Shown: in pieces, positions 7,142-16,496 of the stretch
How the letters are laid out: each line of letters starts with the position of its first letter
Numbering within the stretch: the first letter of the stretch is position 1
Assembly (NCBI GenBank): GCA_035373905.1
Contig: DAOSOK010000013.1
Location: 1 to 51,578 of the forward strand
Length of the DNA stretch: 51,578 nt
Origin: Candidatus Ozemobacteraceae bacterium
GTDB lineage: Bacteria > Muiribacteriota > Ozemobacteria > Ozemobacterales > Ozemobacteraceae
Direction: 5' to 3'
Program-made: the position numbers and the translations under genes
The notes under the pieces: generated by a model
What the model saw: the letters and a program-made list of their open reading frames with translations, nothing else
Told to the model about the DNA's origin: nothing
Databases searched by the model: none

Positions 7142-8440
7142 ATGGCTAAGAATGCTAAGTCGCAGAACCTGTCCATCATGATGACGGACATCCAGGGCTA
7201 CTCGACGACCGCCGCGACCAGTTCCCGCAACGAGATCATCGCCCTGATCAGACGGCACAACCAGTTGATGGTTCCCGTCATCGAGTTTTACGGCGGAACC
7301 ATCATCAAGTCGATCGGAGACGCGTTTCTCTGCACGTTCGTCAGCGCGACCGACGCCGTCATCTGCGCCATCATCATCCAGCTGCTGCTTCGCGAATACA
7401 ACCAGCGCCAGAAAGATGAAAGCCAGAAGCTCAACCTCCGCGTCGTCGTCCATTCCGGCGACGTCTCGATCGAGGGAAACGACATTTTCGGCGACGCCGT
7501 GAACGTGACGGCGCGGATCGAAGGACTCCCCTGCTTCCCGGGCGGTTCGATCGGCATCAGCGAGATCACCTACATGCTGATGGATAAAAATGAGATCGCC
7601 GTCGAGAAGCTCGGCCCGCAAACCCTGAAGGGCATACCGAACCCGGTCACGGTCTACTCCGTACCCCTCGAGAAACAGAAACTCACGACCCTGCCGACCC
7701 ACCTGCTCGAGCTGGTCGAGAAAGTCGTGGCGGGCCGAGCAGAATCGTCGGGCATCGCCGGCTCGACCGCGGAGTGGCAAAAATCGATCGTGAAGTTCCT
7801 CCAGGAAAAAAACTGGGGCGACAACCTCGGCAAGGTCCAGAAGCAAATCGGCCAGAACATCGGCCAAGTCCAGACGAAGCTCGTGCAGACGTTCGGCCAG
7901 AAGACGGTGCTCGAACAGGGAAAAGGCCGCGCGTTCTCCGATGCTTCCCTGGGGGTTCGGGTAAAATGCTTCCTCATCGACCTCGTGATCCTGGCCGTCC
8001 TCACTGCGATTCTCTGGATCGGCTGGTGGCCTTTGCAGCGCATCGTGTATGGTTCTAGATCGATCGACTGGAACGCCTTCTCCAAATTGCGGGGGAACTC
8101 ATCGAGCCTGTACGACTACGATGCCGACACCGGGGAATACAGACGCAAGCAGGGCACCCTCGAATGGATCGTCGATCTCAACGTCCGGGCGCCGATCGCC
8201 CTGTACATTCTATACTTTGCAATATTCTGGCGTATGAAAAGCGCCTCCCCCGGTCAGATCGCCGGCCACTCGGCCGTCATCATGGCCGACGGGCGGCCGC
8301 CGACGCTGGCGGAAGCGCTCAAACGCGCAACGATTTTCGTTTTCACCCTGATCCCCTTCGGGATCGGCGGCCTGGCGATTTTCTTCGGGAACAGGCAGAC
8401 CCTCTGGGACAAGTTCTGCTCTTCACGCGTCGTCGAGTGA
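7142..8440 (+). CDS. Class III adenylate/guanylate cyclase catalytic domain fused to a C-terminal RDD-family membrane domain.
   Basis: Cyclase-homology-domain motifs MMTDIQGYSTT, SIGDAFLCTF, RVVVHSGDV and IFGDAVNVTARIEG. The C-terminus, RVKCFLIDLVILAVLTAILWIGWW...ADGRPPT...RVVE, has 3 TM segments and an RDD pattern. GGGAGA ribosome-binding site upstream. Confidence 0.7.
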   Translation: MAKNAKSQNLSIMMTDIQGYSTTAATSSRNEIIALIRRHNQLMVPVIEFYGGTIIKSIGDAFLCTFVSATDAVICAIIIQLLLREYNQRQKDESQKLNLRVVVHSGDVSIEGNDIFGDAVNVTARIEGLPCFPGGSIGISEITYMLMDKNEIAVEKLGPQTLKGIPNPVTVYSVPLEKQKLTTLPTHLLELVEKVVAGRAESSGIAGSTAEWQKSIVKFLQEKNWGDNLGKVQKQIGQNIGQVQTKLVQTFGQKTVLEQGKGRAFSDASLGVRVKCFLIDLVILAVLTAILWIGWWPLQRIVYGSRSIDWNAFSKLRGNSSSLYDYDADTGEYRRKQGTLEWIVDLNVRAPIALYILYFAIFWRMKSASPGQIAGHSAVIMADGRPPTLAEALKRATIFVFTLIPFGIGGLAIFFGNRQTLWDKFCSSRVVE

Positions 8441-8461
8441 CCCCCGCCGGAGCGGAACCGG

Positions 8462-8947
8462 TCATTTCCCGGCCGTCGTCGAAGCGATCTCGTCTTTCGG
8501 AAGCCGGCCTTCGGCTTCGAGTTTCGCTTTGCGCCTCAGGCGGGCGCCGTCGAGAATCGGCTTCCAGTTCAGGGTGAGGCGGTCTTCCCGAATGATGCCC
8601 CTCACGATATACGACGGCCGCACTTCGATCTCGATTTTATCGTCGTTCCTGCGGAAAATGAACCCTCGCCGCGCCGCGATGGCGCCGAAGAAATTGCAGG
8701 CCTGCTCCGGCGCCGCCTCGAGCCGAAGCTCGGCGTGGCCCCTCAACTCGTCGTCGGCCGGCGTCAACCTGATCCCGAACGGCGGAACGTCGATATACCG
8801 CACCATCTCCCCGTCAAAGAGGTTGATATAATATCGCTCCTGGTACCGGTGGTATCCGAACCAGAGCCCAATCCCCCCGACGATGATCAACAGCAGCAGA
8901 AACAGCCCCTGACCGCGTCTCAAATTCCAACATTTCATCGTTTCCAT
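8462..8947 (-). CDS. Hypothetical membrane-anchored protein (single N-terminal TM segment).
   Basis: An ORF with a hydrophobic N-terminus, LFLLLLIIVGGIGLWFGY, directly downstream of the pullulanase on the same strand. Confidence 0.45.
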   Translation of the reverse strand: METMKCWNLRRGQGLFLLLLIIVGGIGLWFGYHRYQERYYINLFDGEMVRYIDVPPFGIRLTPADDELRGHAELRLEAAPEQACNFFGAIAARRGFIFRRNDDKIEIEVRPSYIVRGIIREDRLTLNWKPILDGARLRRKAKLEAEGRLPKDEIASTTAGK

Positions 8948-9065
8948 AGGAAAACACCGTACTACATCACACCTGCGGATGCAAGCCCGTATCGCCCTTC
9001 TCCGATAAAGCGCCGGCCGGCATCACTCTGATGCCGGCCGGCGTTGATGAACGGTCGCGGAAAGG

Positions 9066-11345
9066 TCAGCGGGCTCTTTTGAGGATGACGGCCTTGCGGG
9101 AGGGGACATTGTAGGTGCCCTTGGCGGTGTAGAGTCCCTTGTCGTTCACCTTCTCGCCGTCGCAGATGACGGTCCAGTCGTCGGCGCCGGGGAGGTTGAA
9201 GGTGATCCAGTCGCCGGGGTCGGTGTTGAACAGCACCAGCAGGTCGGTCTTGCCCTTCAGCAGGTAGCCGAGACCGCGGCTGTTGGCGGGCTGGAGCCAC
9301 TCGATGTTCTGGCTGTTGAGGGCGACGGCGTGCCGGAAATTCTCGTATTTCATGCGCAGGCCGATCAGACCTTTGTAGAACTCGTAGATGTCGGCATTTT
9401 TCTTCTTGTCGCCCCAGTTGATCCAGTTGATCTCGTTGTCCTGGTCGTAGGAGTTGTCGTTGCCCTTCTTGGAGCGCATGAACTCCTGGCCCTGATGGAT
9501 CATCGGGATGCCCTGCGCCGTGAGAAGCGCGACGGCGCCGAGTCGGAAGCGGTCCTTGTCCATTTTCAGCAGGTCGGACAGGACGGCGCCGTCATGGCAC
9601 TCGATGTAGTTCACGCTCTCGGTCGGCTTGGCGGTCCACCAGAAGCAGGTGCCGGCGAGCACGGTCATGACCGAATTGCGGTCGCCGTTGCCGCTGATGA
9701 AGGCGCGGATCTGCTCGCGGAAGTCGTCGTTCCACTTGCCGAGTTTCGTGTTGCGGAAGTCGCTCTTGCCCCACTGATTGCGCTTCCAGTCGGCGGCCCA
9801 GGGCTCTGCGACGATGATCGCCGATTCCGGCAGTTCACTCATGATCGCCGACATCGTCTCCTTGTCGAGAATCGTGCCGAGATCGAATCGGAAGCCGTCG
9901 ACGTGGTACTCTCGCATCCAGTATTTGAGACTGTCGAGAATGTATTTGCGGGTCATCGGGTTGTCGGAGCGGAACTCGTTCCCGCAGCCGGTGCCGTTCC
10001 AGTAGAACCGCTTGTCGTCGCACAGCCGGTAGTAGCCGGGGTTGTCGAGGCCCTTGAACAGGAAGGGAATCCCCTTCTCGTTGCCCTCGGCGGTGTGGTT
10101 GTAGACGACGTCCATGATGACGGCGATGCCGGCCTTGTGAAGACCGTTCACCATCTGTTTGAACTCGCGGATGCCCTCGCCGTTCTTGCCGGTCGCGTAG
10201 GCGCACTCGGGGGCGAAGAAGTGGCTCGTCATGTAGCCCCAGTGGTTCGGGTGGCCGGCGAAGTTGTTGTCGAACTCCTGGCAGGGAAGCAGTTCGACGG
10301 CGTTGACGCCGAGGTCCTGGAGGTGGCCGAGCACCTTGTCGGTGCCGAGCCCCTCGAGCATGCCGAGGTAGGTTCCGCGCTTCTCGCCTTCGACTCCGGA
10401 AGACGAATGAGCGGTCGTGTCCTTCACGTGCATTTCATAGATAACAATATCTTTTGCGGCAGGCGTTTTGAAACCCTGGTCGGTCCAGGTGAATTTGTGC
10501 ATCTGAGGCCCCACGACGATGCTCTTCCCGTCGTGATCCACGTTCGCAAACGCGTAGGGATCGGAAATCAGACGCTTGGGATCGAACAGGTGGCCGTCGG
10601 TCGTCGGCCCCGTGAGGGTGTAAGCGTAGTAACTCCCCGACAGGTCCTTGTCGATCGTATACCGCCAGACGCCGTCGTCGAACTTCTTCATCGGGTACGC
10701 AGTGCCGGTCCTGTCGTCGGCTTTTTTGAACAGAACGACGTTCACCGCCGTCGCCGCCGGGGAATACACCTCGAAACTGGTCTTGCCGTTCACGACCTCG
10801 CTGCCAAGCAGGTCCTGGGGAATGGCCGAGCGTGCCCCCCCCGTCCGGGCCGCCGTTCTCGCGGGTCGCTGAGCGCGTTCCGGGGCGACGTTCGAGCGAA
10901 ACCTGGCGTCTGAGATCAGACCGCGGACTTCATCGAGAGAGGTGCGGTACGCCGGGCTCTCGCTCCGGGCGAGAAAATCGAGACGCTGTTCGAGGAATGC
11001 CAGGCCCTGACGGAAGGCTTTCATTTCGGAGGCGTTCGAAGCGCGACCGCCATACTGGCGAAACAGATCGAGGGTTTCCTTCGCGGACTCGGGGGTGTCG
11101 ACGCCGCGCATCAGACGCTTCAACTGGTCGGCGCTTTCGTTCTCGCGCGCAACGGCGCCGAGGCCGGCCTCACTTTCGGTTCCTTCGGAACGGACCGTGC
11201 TCTGCGCGGTATGCGAGTCGCGCGCAAGCCTGTCGAGGGACTGGATCAGCGAAACTGCGTCATCGCCGTACACCATGGCCGACGAGGCCAGCAGACAGGC
11301 GGTGAAGAACGACATCCAACGGTTCGAGCGTGGTCTGAAAGACAT
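9066..11345 (-). CDS. pulA: Secreted type I pullulanase / alpha-1,6-glucosidase (GH13, CBM48-containing).
   Basis: GH13 regions VIMDVVYNHTAEG, YHVDGFRFDLG and AEPWAADW, plus HWGYMTSHFFAPE. Signal peptide MSFRPRSNRWMSFFTACLLASSAMVYG. GGAGGG ribosome-binding site 9 nt upstream of the ATG at 11345, with a TATAAT further upstream. Confidence 0.8.
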   Translation of the reverse strand: MSFRPRSNRWMSFFTACLLASSAMVYGDDAVSLIQSLDRLARDSHTAQSTVRSEGTESEAGLGAVARENESADQLKRLMRGVDTPESAKETLDLFRQYGGRASNASEMKAFRQGLAFLEQRLDFLARSESPAYRTSLDEVRGLISDARFRSNVAPERAQRPARTAARTGGARSAIPQDLLGSEVVNGKTSFEVYSPAATAVNVVLFKKADDRTGTAYPMKKFDDGVWRYTIDKDLSGSYYAYTLTGPTTDGHLFDPKRLISDPYAFANVDHDGKSIVVGPQMHKFTWTDQGFKTPAAKDIVIYEMHVKDTTAHSSSGVEGEKRGTYLGMLEGLGTDKVLGHLQDLGVNAVELLPCQEFDNNFAGHPNHWGYMTSHFFAPECAYATGKNGEGIREFKQMVNGLHKAGIAVIMDVVYNHTAEGNEKGIPFLFKGLDNPGYYRLCDDKRFYWNGTGCGNEFRSDNPMTRKYILDSLKYWMREYHVDGFRFDLGTILDKETMSAIMSELPESAIIVAEPWAADWKRNQWGKSDFRNTKLGKWNDDFREQIRAFISGNGDRNSVMTVLAGTCFWWTAKPTESVNYIECHDGAVLSDLLKMDKDRFRLGAVALLTAQGIPMIHQGQEFMRSKKGNDNSYDQDNEINWINWGDKKKNADIYEFYKGLIGLRMKYENFRHAVALNSQNIEWLQPANSRGLGYLLKGKTDLLVLFNTDPGDWITFNLPGADDWTVICDGEKVNDKGLYTAKGTYNVPSRKAVILKRAR

Positions 11346-11435
11346 CTTGAGCGCCCCCTCCGAAAAAAATCTCAGATGATTCGTCAATTATACCGACTTT
11401 TCCCCGGGGTCCGGAAGAGGACGCCGGCGAGGGTC

Positions 11436-12800
11436 TCAGCGGGATTCCCCACCGCGATACTTCGCCGGATCGATTCCGAGGCGTTTTAGCCGGTCGTACA
11501 GCGTGCGTCGTGGCAGATCAAGTTCGCGCGCTGCGGCTACGACATTTCCATGGGAATGCCTGAGAGCCTCGACGATCATGGTTCGCTCTGAGTCGTCGAG
11601 GCGGGTGTCGATGGGGCCGCATCCCGGCGCCGGAGCCGGCCTCGTGCCACCCGCAGGGAGAAGCAGGTCATCGGGCGTTATCATCCCGTCCTCGTCGATG
11701 ACGGCGGCGCGTTCGAGCACATTTTTCAATTCCCGGATGTTTCCCGGCCAGTCGAGGCCGCGCAGAAGGGTCAGAGCGTCACGGGAGATGCCGAGTTGTT
11801 TCCTGCCATGGGCCGCGGCAATTTCCGACAGCAGGTGGCCGGCGAGGGCCGGGATGTCGTCGGGGCGTTCCCGAAGCGGCGGCAGATGGATCGGGAAGAC
11901 GTTGATACGGTAGTAGAGATCCGGGCGGAACCGGCCCTGCGCGGCCATTCCCGCGAGATCCTTGTTCGTGGCCGATACGAGACGCACGTCGACTCGAACG
12001 GGCTTGACGCCGCCGACGCGCTCGATTTCCTGCTCCTGGAGGACGCGAAGGAGCTTCGCCTGGATTTCCGGGGGGATTTCAGCAACCTCGTCGAGGAACA
12101 GGGTGCCGCCCGACGCGACCTCGAACTTGCCGAGTTTTCTCGCATCGGCGCCCGTAAATGCCCCTTTTTCATGGCCAAACAGCTCGGATTCGAGGAGGGT
12201 CCCCTGCAGATTGGCGCAGTTTACGGCGACGAAGGGCTTTTCCTTGCGGGAGCTGTTGAGATGGATGGCACGTGCGACGAGCTCTTTTCCCGTGCCGGTC
12301 TCACCGGTAATCAGCACCGTCGTCGAAAGGGCGGCGACGCGGCGGATCAGGTCTTTCACGATGCGCATCGCGGGGTTGGAGGCGATGAAGGTTTCGGTGT
12401 CGGGGCCACGCGGGGCCGAGAGCCCGGCCAGCCGCGACATGCGGGCGGCGTTTTCGGTAAGCGAGAGGATGTTCTGGAGCTTCGCATCCTCGACCGGCTT
12501 GACGAGGAAATCGAACGCGCCTTTCTTCATCGCCTCGACGGCCGTGTCGATCGTGCCGTAGGCCGTCAGGATGACGATGCGGGCATCGGGCCTCATCTCG
12601 AGGCCTCGCTTGAGCAAGGTCAGACCGTCGATGCCGGGCATGCGCAGGTCGAGAAGGGTAAGCCCGAACTCCTCGGCTTCGAATGCCGCCAAGCCCATCA
12701 CGGGATCGGTGCGGTACACCGCCTCGTGCCCGCGGCTCGCAAGCAGTTCGGCGAGGTTTTCCGCCTGCTGCCGGTCATCATCGACGATCAGGATTCGCAT
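11436..12800 (-). CDS. Sigma-54-dependent (NtrC-family) response regulator.
   Basis: REC domain MRILIVDDD...D. AAA+ domain GETGTGKELVARAIH and GAFTGA motif (GHEKGAFTGADARK). C-terminal Fis-type HTH. Confidence 0.85.
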   Translation of the reverse strand: MRILIVDDDRQQAENLAELLASRGHEAVYRTDPVMGLAAFEAEEFGLTLLDLRMPGIDGLTLLKRGLEMRPDARIVILTAYGTIDTAVEAMKKGAFDFLVKPVEDAKLQNILSLTENAARMSRLAGLSAPRGPDTETFIASNPAMRIVKDLIRRVAALSTTVLITGETGTGKELVARAIHLNSSRKEKPFVAVNCANLQGTLLESELFGHEKGAFTGADARKLGKFEVASGGTLFLDEVAEIPPEIQAKLLRVLQEQEIERVGGVKPVRVDVRLVSATNKDLAGMAAQGRFRPDLYYRINVFPIHLPPLRERPDDIPALAGHLLSEIAAAHGRKQLGISRDALTLLRGLDWPGNIRELKNVLERAAVIDEDGMITPDDLLLPAGGTRPAPAPGCGPIDTRLDDSERTMIVEALRHSHGNVVAAARELDLPRRTLYDRLKRLGIDPAKYRGGESR

Positions 12801-12923
12801 GTATCCCAGTGTAGCACACTCGCACAGCACCGATCATCTTCTCGGGCAGGGATTACACATGCATCATTCGCCATCACGGTCTCGTCGCGATGCGTTCTAT
12901 CGAGTTCTGCAGCATTCCTCCCG

Positions 12924-12985
12924 GTCGCCCTGGGATTGTCGAAGGGCGAGAGCCTTTCGTGCTTCGACAGGCTCAGCACGAACGG
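12924..12985. repeat. Copy 2 (inverted) of the roughly 62-bp imperfect-hairpin element, lying between the HK and RR genes.
   Basis: See copy 1. The core is TGTCGAAG-ggcgagagcctttcgtg-CTTCGACA. Confidence 0.6.
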
Positions 12986-13053
12986 AACCATGAAACAGAC
13001 TTCCGTCATGCAGGAATCAATGAAGCCGGCACGCCGTGTTGCCGGCCTTGCTT

Positions 13054-14307
13054 TCACCCGATGGGGAGGGTGACGACGAAGCGGTTGCCGGCGTCGGCGG
13101 GTTCGACCCAGGCGCGGCCGCCCATCATGAGGATGAACTGGCGGACGAGGTAGAGGCCGAGTCCGGAGCCGGGAATGTCGGTGCCGCTGTCGCCGCGGTA
13201 GAACTTTTCGAAAATCTTCTCGCGGTCCGGAGCGGGAATGATGGGGCCGCAGCTTTCGACGGCGATGCGTATCGCGTCGATTTCCTCTATGATATGAATC
13301 CGTATTATACTTTTAGGAATTGCGTATTTCACGGCGTTCACCAGGAGGTTGTCGAGAATGCGCTCGAGGAGATACGGGTCGTGGGAAACGGGCGGCGTCT
13401 CGGGGAGATCGAGTTCGACGGAAAGGTCGCGGGCGGCGGCCAGGGGGCGGATGCGCCCGACGGTCATGGTGACGACGGAGGTGATCTGGCCGAGTTCGAC
13501 GCGGGCGGCGAGGTCTTCCGACTGGAGGCGGGTGAGGTCGAGGGCGTTCTTCGTCATGCGGCCCAGTTCGGCGATCTCGACGGCCATCTCCTCGAACCGC
13601 CTGCGGATATCATCGGGCAGGCGTTCTGCCGAGCGTTCGATGAGGTTCACCTGGCCGGTAAGCCGCGCGAGCGGGGTTCGCAGTTCGTGCGACACGAGCG
13701 CCAGGAAGGTGCTCTTCAGCGTTCCGAGTTCCTCGAGATTCCTGTTCGCGCGCTCGAGCTCCTGGTTCTTGACCTCCATCTCGTTGAAGACGTCGGCGAT
13801 CTTGCGCGCGATGAGGACGAACAGCACGAAGGCGGCGCCGGCGAGCACGAGACCGATCGTCCAGACCATTGCGCGCCAGGATTCGAGCCGGGTGTAGAAC
13901 GAGCGGCGGGTCTGGTAGGCGACGCGCAGTCCCTGATCCGTCGGAACGATCCAGAGGATACCGGGCCCGGGACTCGCGATGCCGGTTTCGATCCCGTATT
14001 CGGTTTCTGACGCATAGGTCGAACGGAGATTGAGAAGCGTTTCGGCGTCGAGGGCGGCCGGCCATTCCCCGGCGATACGCCTCAACTCGAGCGTTGCCGT
14101 CGAAAGCAGGGAGCATGCGTAGGATTTCTGAGCTGCGAGGCCCCCTTCCAGGGGAAGGTTCCGGAGTGCCGACGCGCGCTGTTCATGGAGGCCTACGCGC
14201 ATCCGCTCGAGGATCGAGTCGGACGTCCAGAGGATGATCGCAAGCACGGCAGCCGGCAGAAATCCCATGAACAGCATGAGACCGATCTGCCGCACCTGTC
14301 CGTTCAT
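13054..14307 (-). CDS. Sensor histidine kinase (two N-terminal TM segments, HisKA plus HATPase_c).
   Basis: H-box HELRTPLARLTGQVNLI, N/G boxes LLVNAVKYA and GSGLGLYLVRQFILMMGG. The start follows the MFS stop after 2 nt. Confidence 0.8.
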   Translation of the reverse strand: MNGQVRQIGLMLFMGFLPAAVLAIILWTSDSILERMRVGLHEQRASALRNLPLEGGLAAQKSYACSLLSTATLELRRIAGEWPAALDAETLLNLRSTYASETEYGIETGIASPGPGILWIVPTDQGLRVAYQTRRSFYTRLESWRAMVWTIGLVLAGAAFVLFVLIARKIADVFNEMEVKNQELERANRNLEELGTLKSTFLALVSHELRTPLARLTGQVNLIERSAERLPDDIRRRFEEMAVEIAELGRMTKNALDLTRLQSEDLAARVELGQITSVVTMTVGRIRPLAAARDLSVELDLPETPPVSHDPYLLERILDNLLVNAVKYAIPKSIIRIHIIEEIDAIRIAVESCGPIIPAPDREKIFEKFYRGDSGTDIPGSGLGLYLVRQFILMMGGRAWVEPADAGNRFVVTLPIG

Positions 14308-14309
14308 CG

Positions 14310-15551
14310 TCAGGCTTCAGTCGCCTCGGCGGCCTCCGGAGACGGTTCCTGGTCGAGAGTGGAGAGGCCGTCGATGCGGGCAAACCGCCAGGTCAGGAAG
14401 ACGGTGCCGAGCGCGCAGATCGTGTAGACGGCTGCGATACCGAGATTGTCGGCAAGGGCCCCGGCCGCTGCCATGGCGATCGGGATCAGCGAGAAGCTGA
14501 GGACCTCAACGAAGGCGAAGAAGCGCCCTTTCATCTCCGGATCGACCGTGCGCTGGAACAGGGTGAGGACAGCCACGTTGACCGCCGTGAAACACCCGCC
14601 GAGCAGGAAAAGACCGACAAGATAGAGGGAAAAAAACGGGTTGTACGCGAAGAAGGCGAACAGCAGGCCCGACATCCCCAGAACCCTTACGAGCAGGATG
14701 GATGTCCGCATGCCCGCGAACAGCCGTACGAAGGCAAGACCGGTCACCACGGAGCCGAGCGCGAGAACGCCTTCGCTGAAACCGAGTTCGAACGCGTCGA
14801 GGGCGAAGACGTTTCTGATCGAAAGCGGCAGGAGAACGACGATCGGCACGGCAAACAGGTTCAGGCCGCCGAAACCGATCAGGATGTCACGCAAGACGCG
14901 ATTGTCGCGAACGTAGCGGAAACCGGCGGCGAGCTGGGCAAGCACGCCCTCCTGCCCTGACTGCGCGGCCCTCGGGGCCATTCTCATGACGACGACGCAG
15001 ATCGAGGAGAGAACCAGGCAACCGGCATGCGCGACGAACGCCTCGGCCACCGACCAGCGGGCGATGATCGCGCCCCCGATGGCGGGCCCCGCCAGCTTTG
15101 ATATATCTCTTACTATTGTATGAAGCGCCATCGCCTCCTCGATCTTTTCCGGCGGAACGACGCGCGGAATGACCGTGAGGGTCGTCGGGCTGTGAAAGAC
15201 GCCGGCGGCGGCGAGCGTGCCGCACATGGCCAGCAGGAGCGGTATCGACAAGTGGTCCTGCCAGGCCGTCACGGCAACGGCGCCGACGAGGCAGGCGCGA
15301 AACAGATCGGCGCCGATCAGCAGGAGTTTGGCCGGGAGCCTGTCGGCGAGCGTTCCGGCGAACGGCCCGATCAGCACGGCGGGCAGGAAGCTGACGCTCA
15401 TGATGAAGCCGACCGTCGTTCCCGAGCCGGTTTTGCTGATGACCCACCAGATCATCGCCGTCTGCATGATGCCCTCGCCGATGAAAGAGACGAGTTGGGC
15501 AAGCCACAACAGGCCGAAATTTCGCTGCTTTGTCAGAATCTCGAGAACCAT
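14310..15551 (-). CDS. MFS-type transporter.
   Basis: A hydrophobic protein of about 12 TM segments with MFS-like loops. GAGGA ribosome-binding site upstream of the ATG. Confidence 0.7.
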   Translation of the reverse strand: MVLEILTKQRNFGLLWLAQLVSFIGEGIMQTAMIWWVISKTGSGTTVGFIMSVSFLPAVLIGPFAGTLADRLPAKLLLIGADLFRACLVGAVAVTAWQDHLSIPLLLAMCGTLAAAGVFHSPTTLTVIPRVVPPEKIEEAMALHTIVRDISKLAGPAIGGAIIARWSVAEAFVAHAGCLVLSSICVVVMRMAPRAAQSGQEGVLAQLAAGFRYVRDNRVLRDILIGFGGLNLFAVPIVVLLPLSIRNVFALDAFELGFSEGVLALGSVVTGLAFVRLFAGMRTSILLVRVLGMSGLLFAFFAYNPFFSLYLVGLFLLGGCFTAVNVAVLTLFQRTVDPEMKGRFFAFVEVLSFSLIPIAMAAAGALADNLGIAAVYTICALGTVFLTWRFARIDGLSTLDQEPSPEAAEATEA

Positions 15552-15761
15552 TATTCCTCATTATGTCCGATCATTCCCGCAAACACAACCCCGGGGAGAA
15601 GGATTTCAGGCTTGAGACGAAAAGAGCCGGTTATCCGCAGATGCCGCAGATTGGACAGATGAACGAAGGACGGACCTGGATAGACACAGCAGAAAGAACC
15701 CCCTCAGAACGAGACAGCCCCCCGGAAGCCGGGAGGCTGTCGCCGATGAATTCGTTTTCGG

Positions 15762-16430
15762 TCAGTCGACACTGAGGTGGATGACGGTGCCTCCGTCGTC
15801 CTGGCCTTCGACCTTGATAACTTTCAGGACTCCGGACTTGGCGGTCTTGAACCGCTCCTGCAACATGAGCAGGTCTTTATCGTAGTTCTTGGGATTGACG
15901 CCGAACATGACCAACTCGGTCGAGAAGCGCTGGACCATGCGGCGGACATCCTCGATGTCGCTCGCCGTGAGGTTGCATTTCCGTATGACGCGGGTGACGT
16001 TGGGCGACTGGGCGATTTCTATGATCGAGCGGGCCATCTCCTCGACGAGCCGCACCCCGATATACTTGTCCATCGGTCGAAGCTTCGCATTGTTCCGCGA
16101 CGTGTAGGTTTTCAGCCACCCCTTTTCGTTGATGGTATCGATGATGGTCAGCAGTTCATCGTTTTTTTCGATCTTGGGCGAGGGGTTGGCATTCCACTGG
16201 ATGAGGCTCCGCGCCGACGACAGCTTGAGCTTCTCCTTCGGCTTCGTCACCGGCTCGGTATTCGGAGGAATCCGAAGCGACAGCGTCACCGACTTGTCGG
16301 CGGCGGCCCGTTCCGGCACGGGAATCGTGATGGTGGAATCGGCATTGACGGAATACGAGAACATTCCGGCCAGGATGCCGACCACGCCGAACGGGACGAG
16401 CAGCTTCAAGCCGGGAAAAAAGCCTTTCAT
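15762..16430 (-). CDS. Hypothetical secreted or membrane-anchored protein.
   Basis: N-terminal hydrophobic segment MKGFFPGLKLLVPFGVVGILAGMFS. GGAGG ribosome-binding site 7 nt upstream of the ATG at 16430. No recognisable domain. Confidence 0.45.
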   Translation of the reverse strand: MKGFFPGLKLLVPFGVVGILAGMFSYSVNADSTITIPVPERAAADKSVTLSLRIPPNTEPVTKPKEKLKLSSARSLIQWNANPSPKIEKNDELLTIIDTINEKGWLKTYTSRNNAKLRPMDKYIGVRLVEEMARSIIEIAQSPNVTRVIRKCNLTASDIEDVRRMVQRFSTELVMFGVNPKNYDKDLLMLQERFKTAKSGVLKVIKVEGQDDGGTVIHLSVD

Positions 16431-16496
16431 GGAAAACCTCCGTTGTCCGTCGATAAGGACTGCGCTCACCCTCATCGGCAGGAATCGGGGTTTCCT

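Noticed and set aside
9330-10913. A 527-aa + strand ORF opposite the pullulanase gene.
   Set aside because: A shadow ORF: Val/Ala/Gly/Asp-rich and repetitive, with no motifs. The minus frame has GH13 catalytic regions.
11796-13073. A 425-aa + ORF, and 199-aa and 140-aa + ORFs, opposite the NtrC-type regulator.
   Set aside because: Shadow ORFs. The minus strand encodes complete REC, AAA+ (GAFTGA) and HTH domains.
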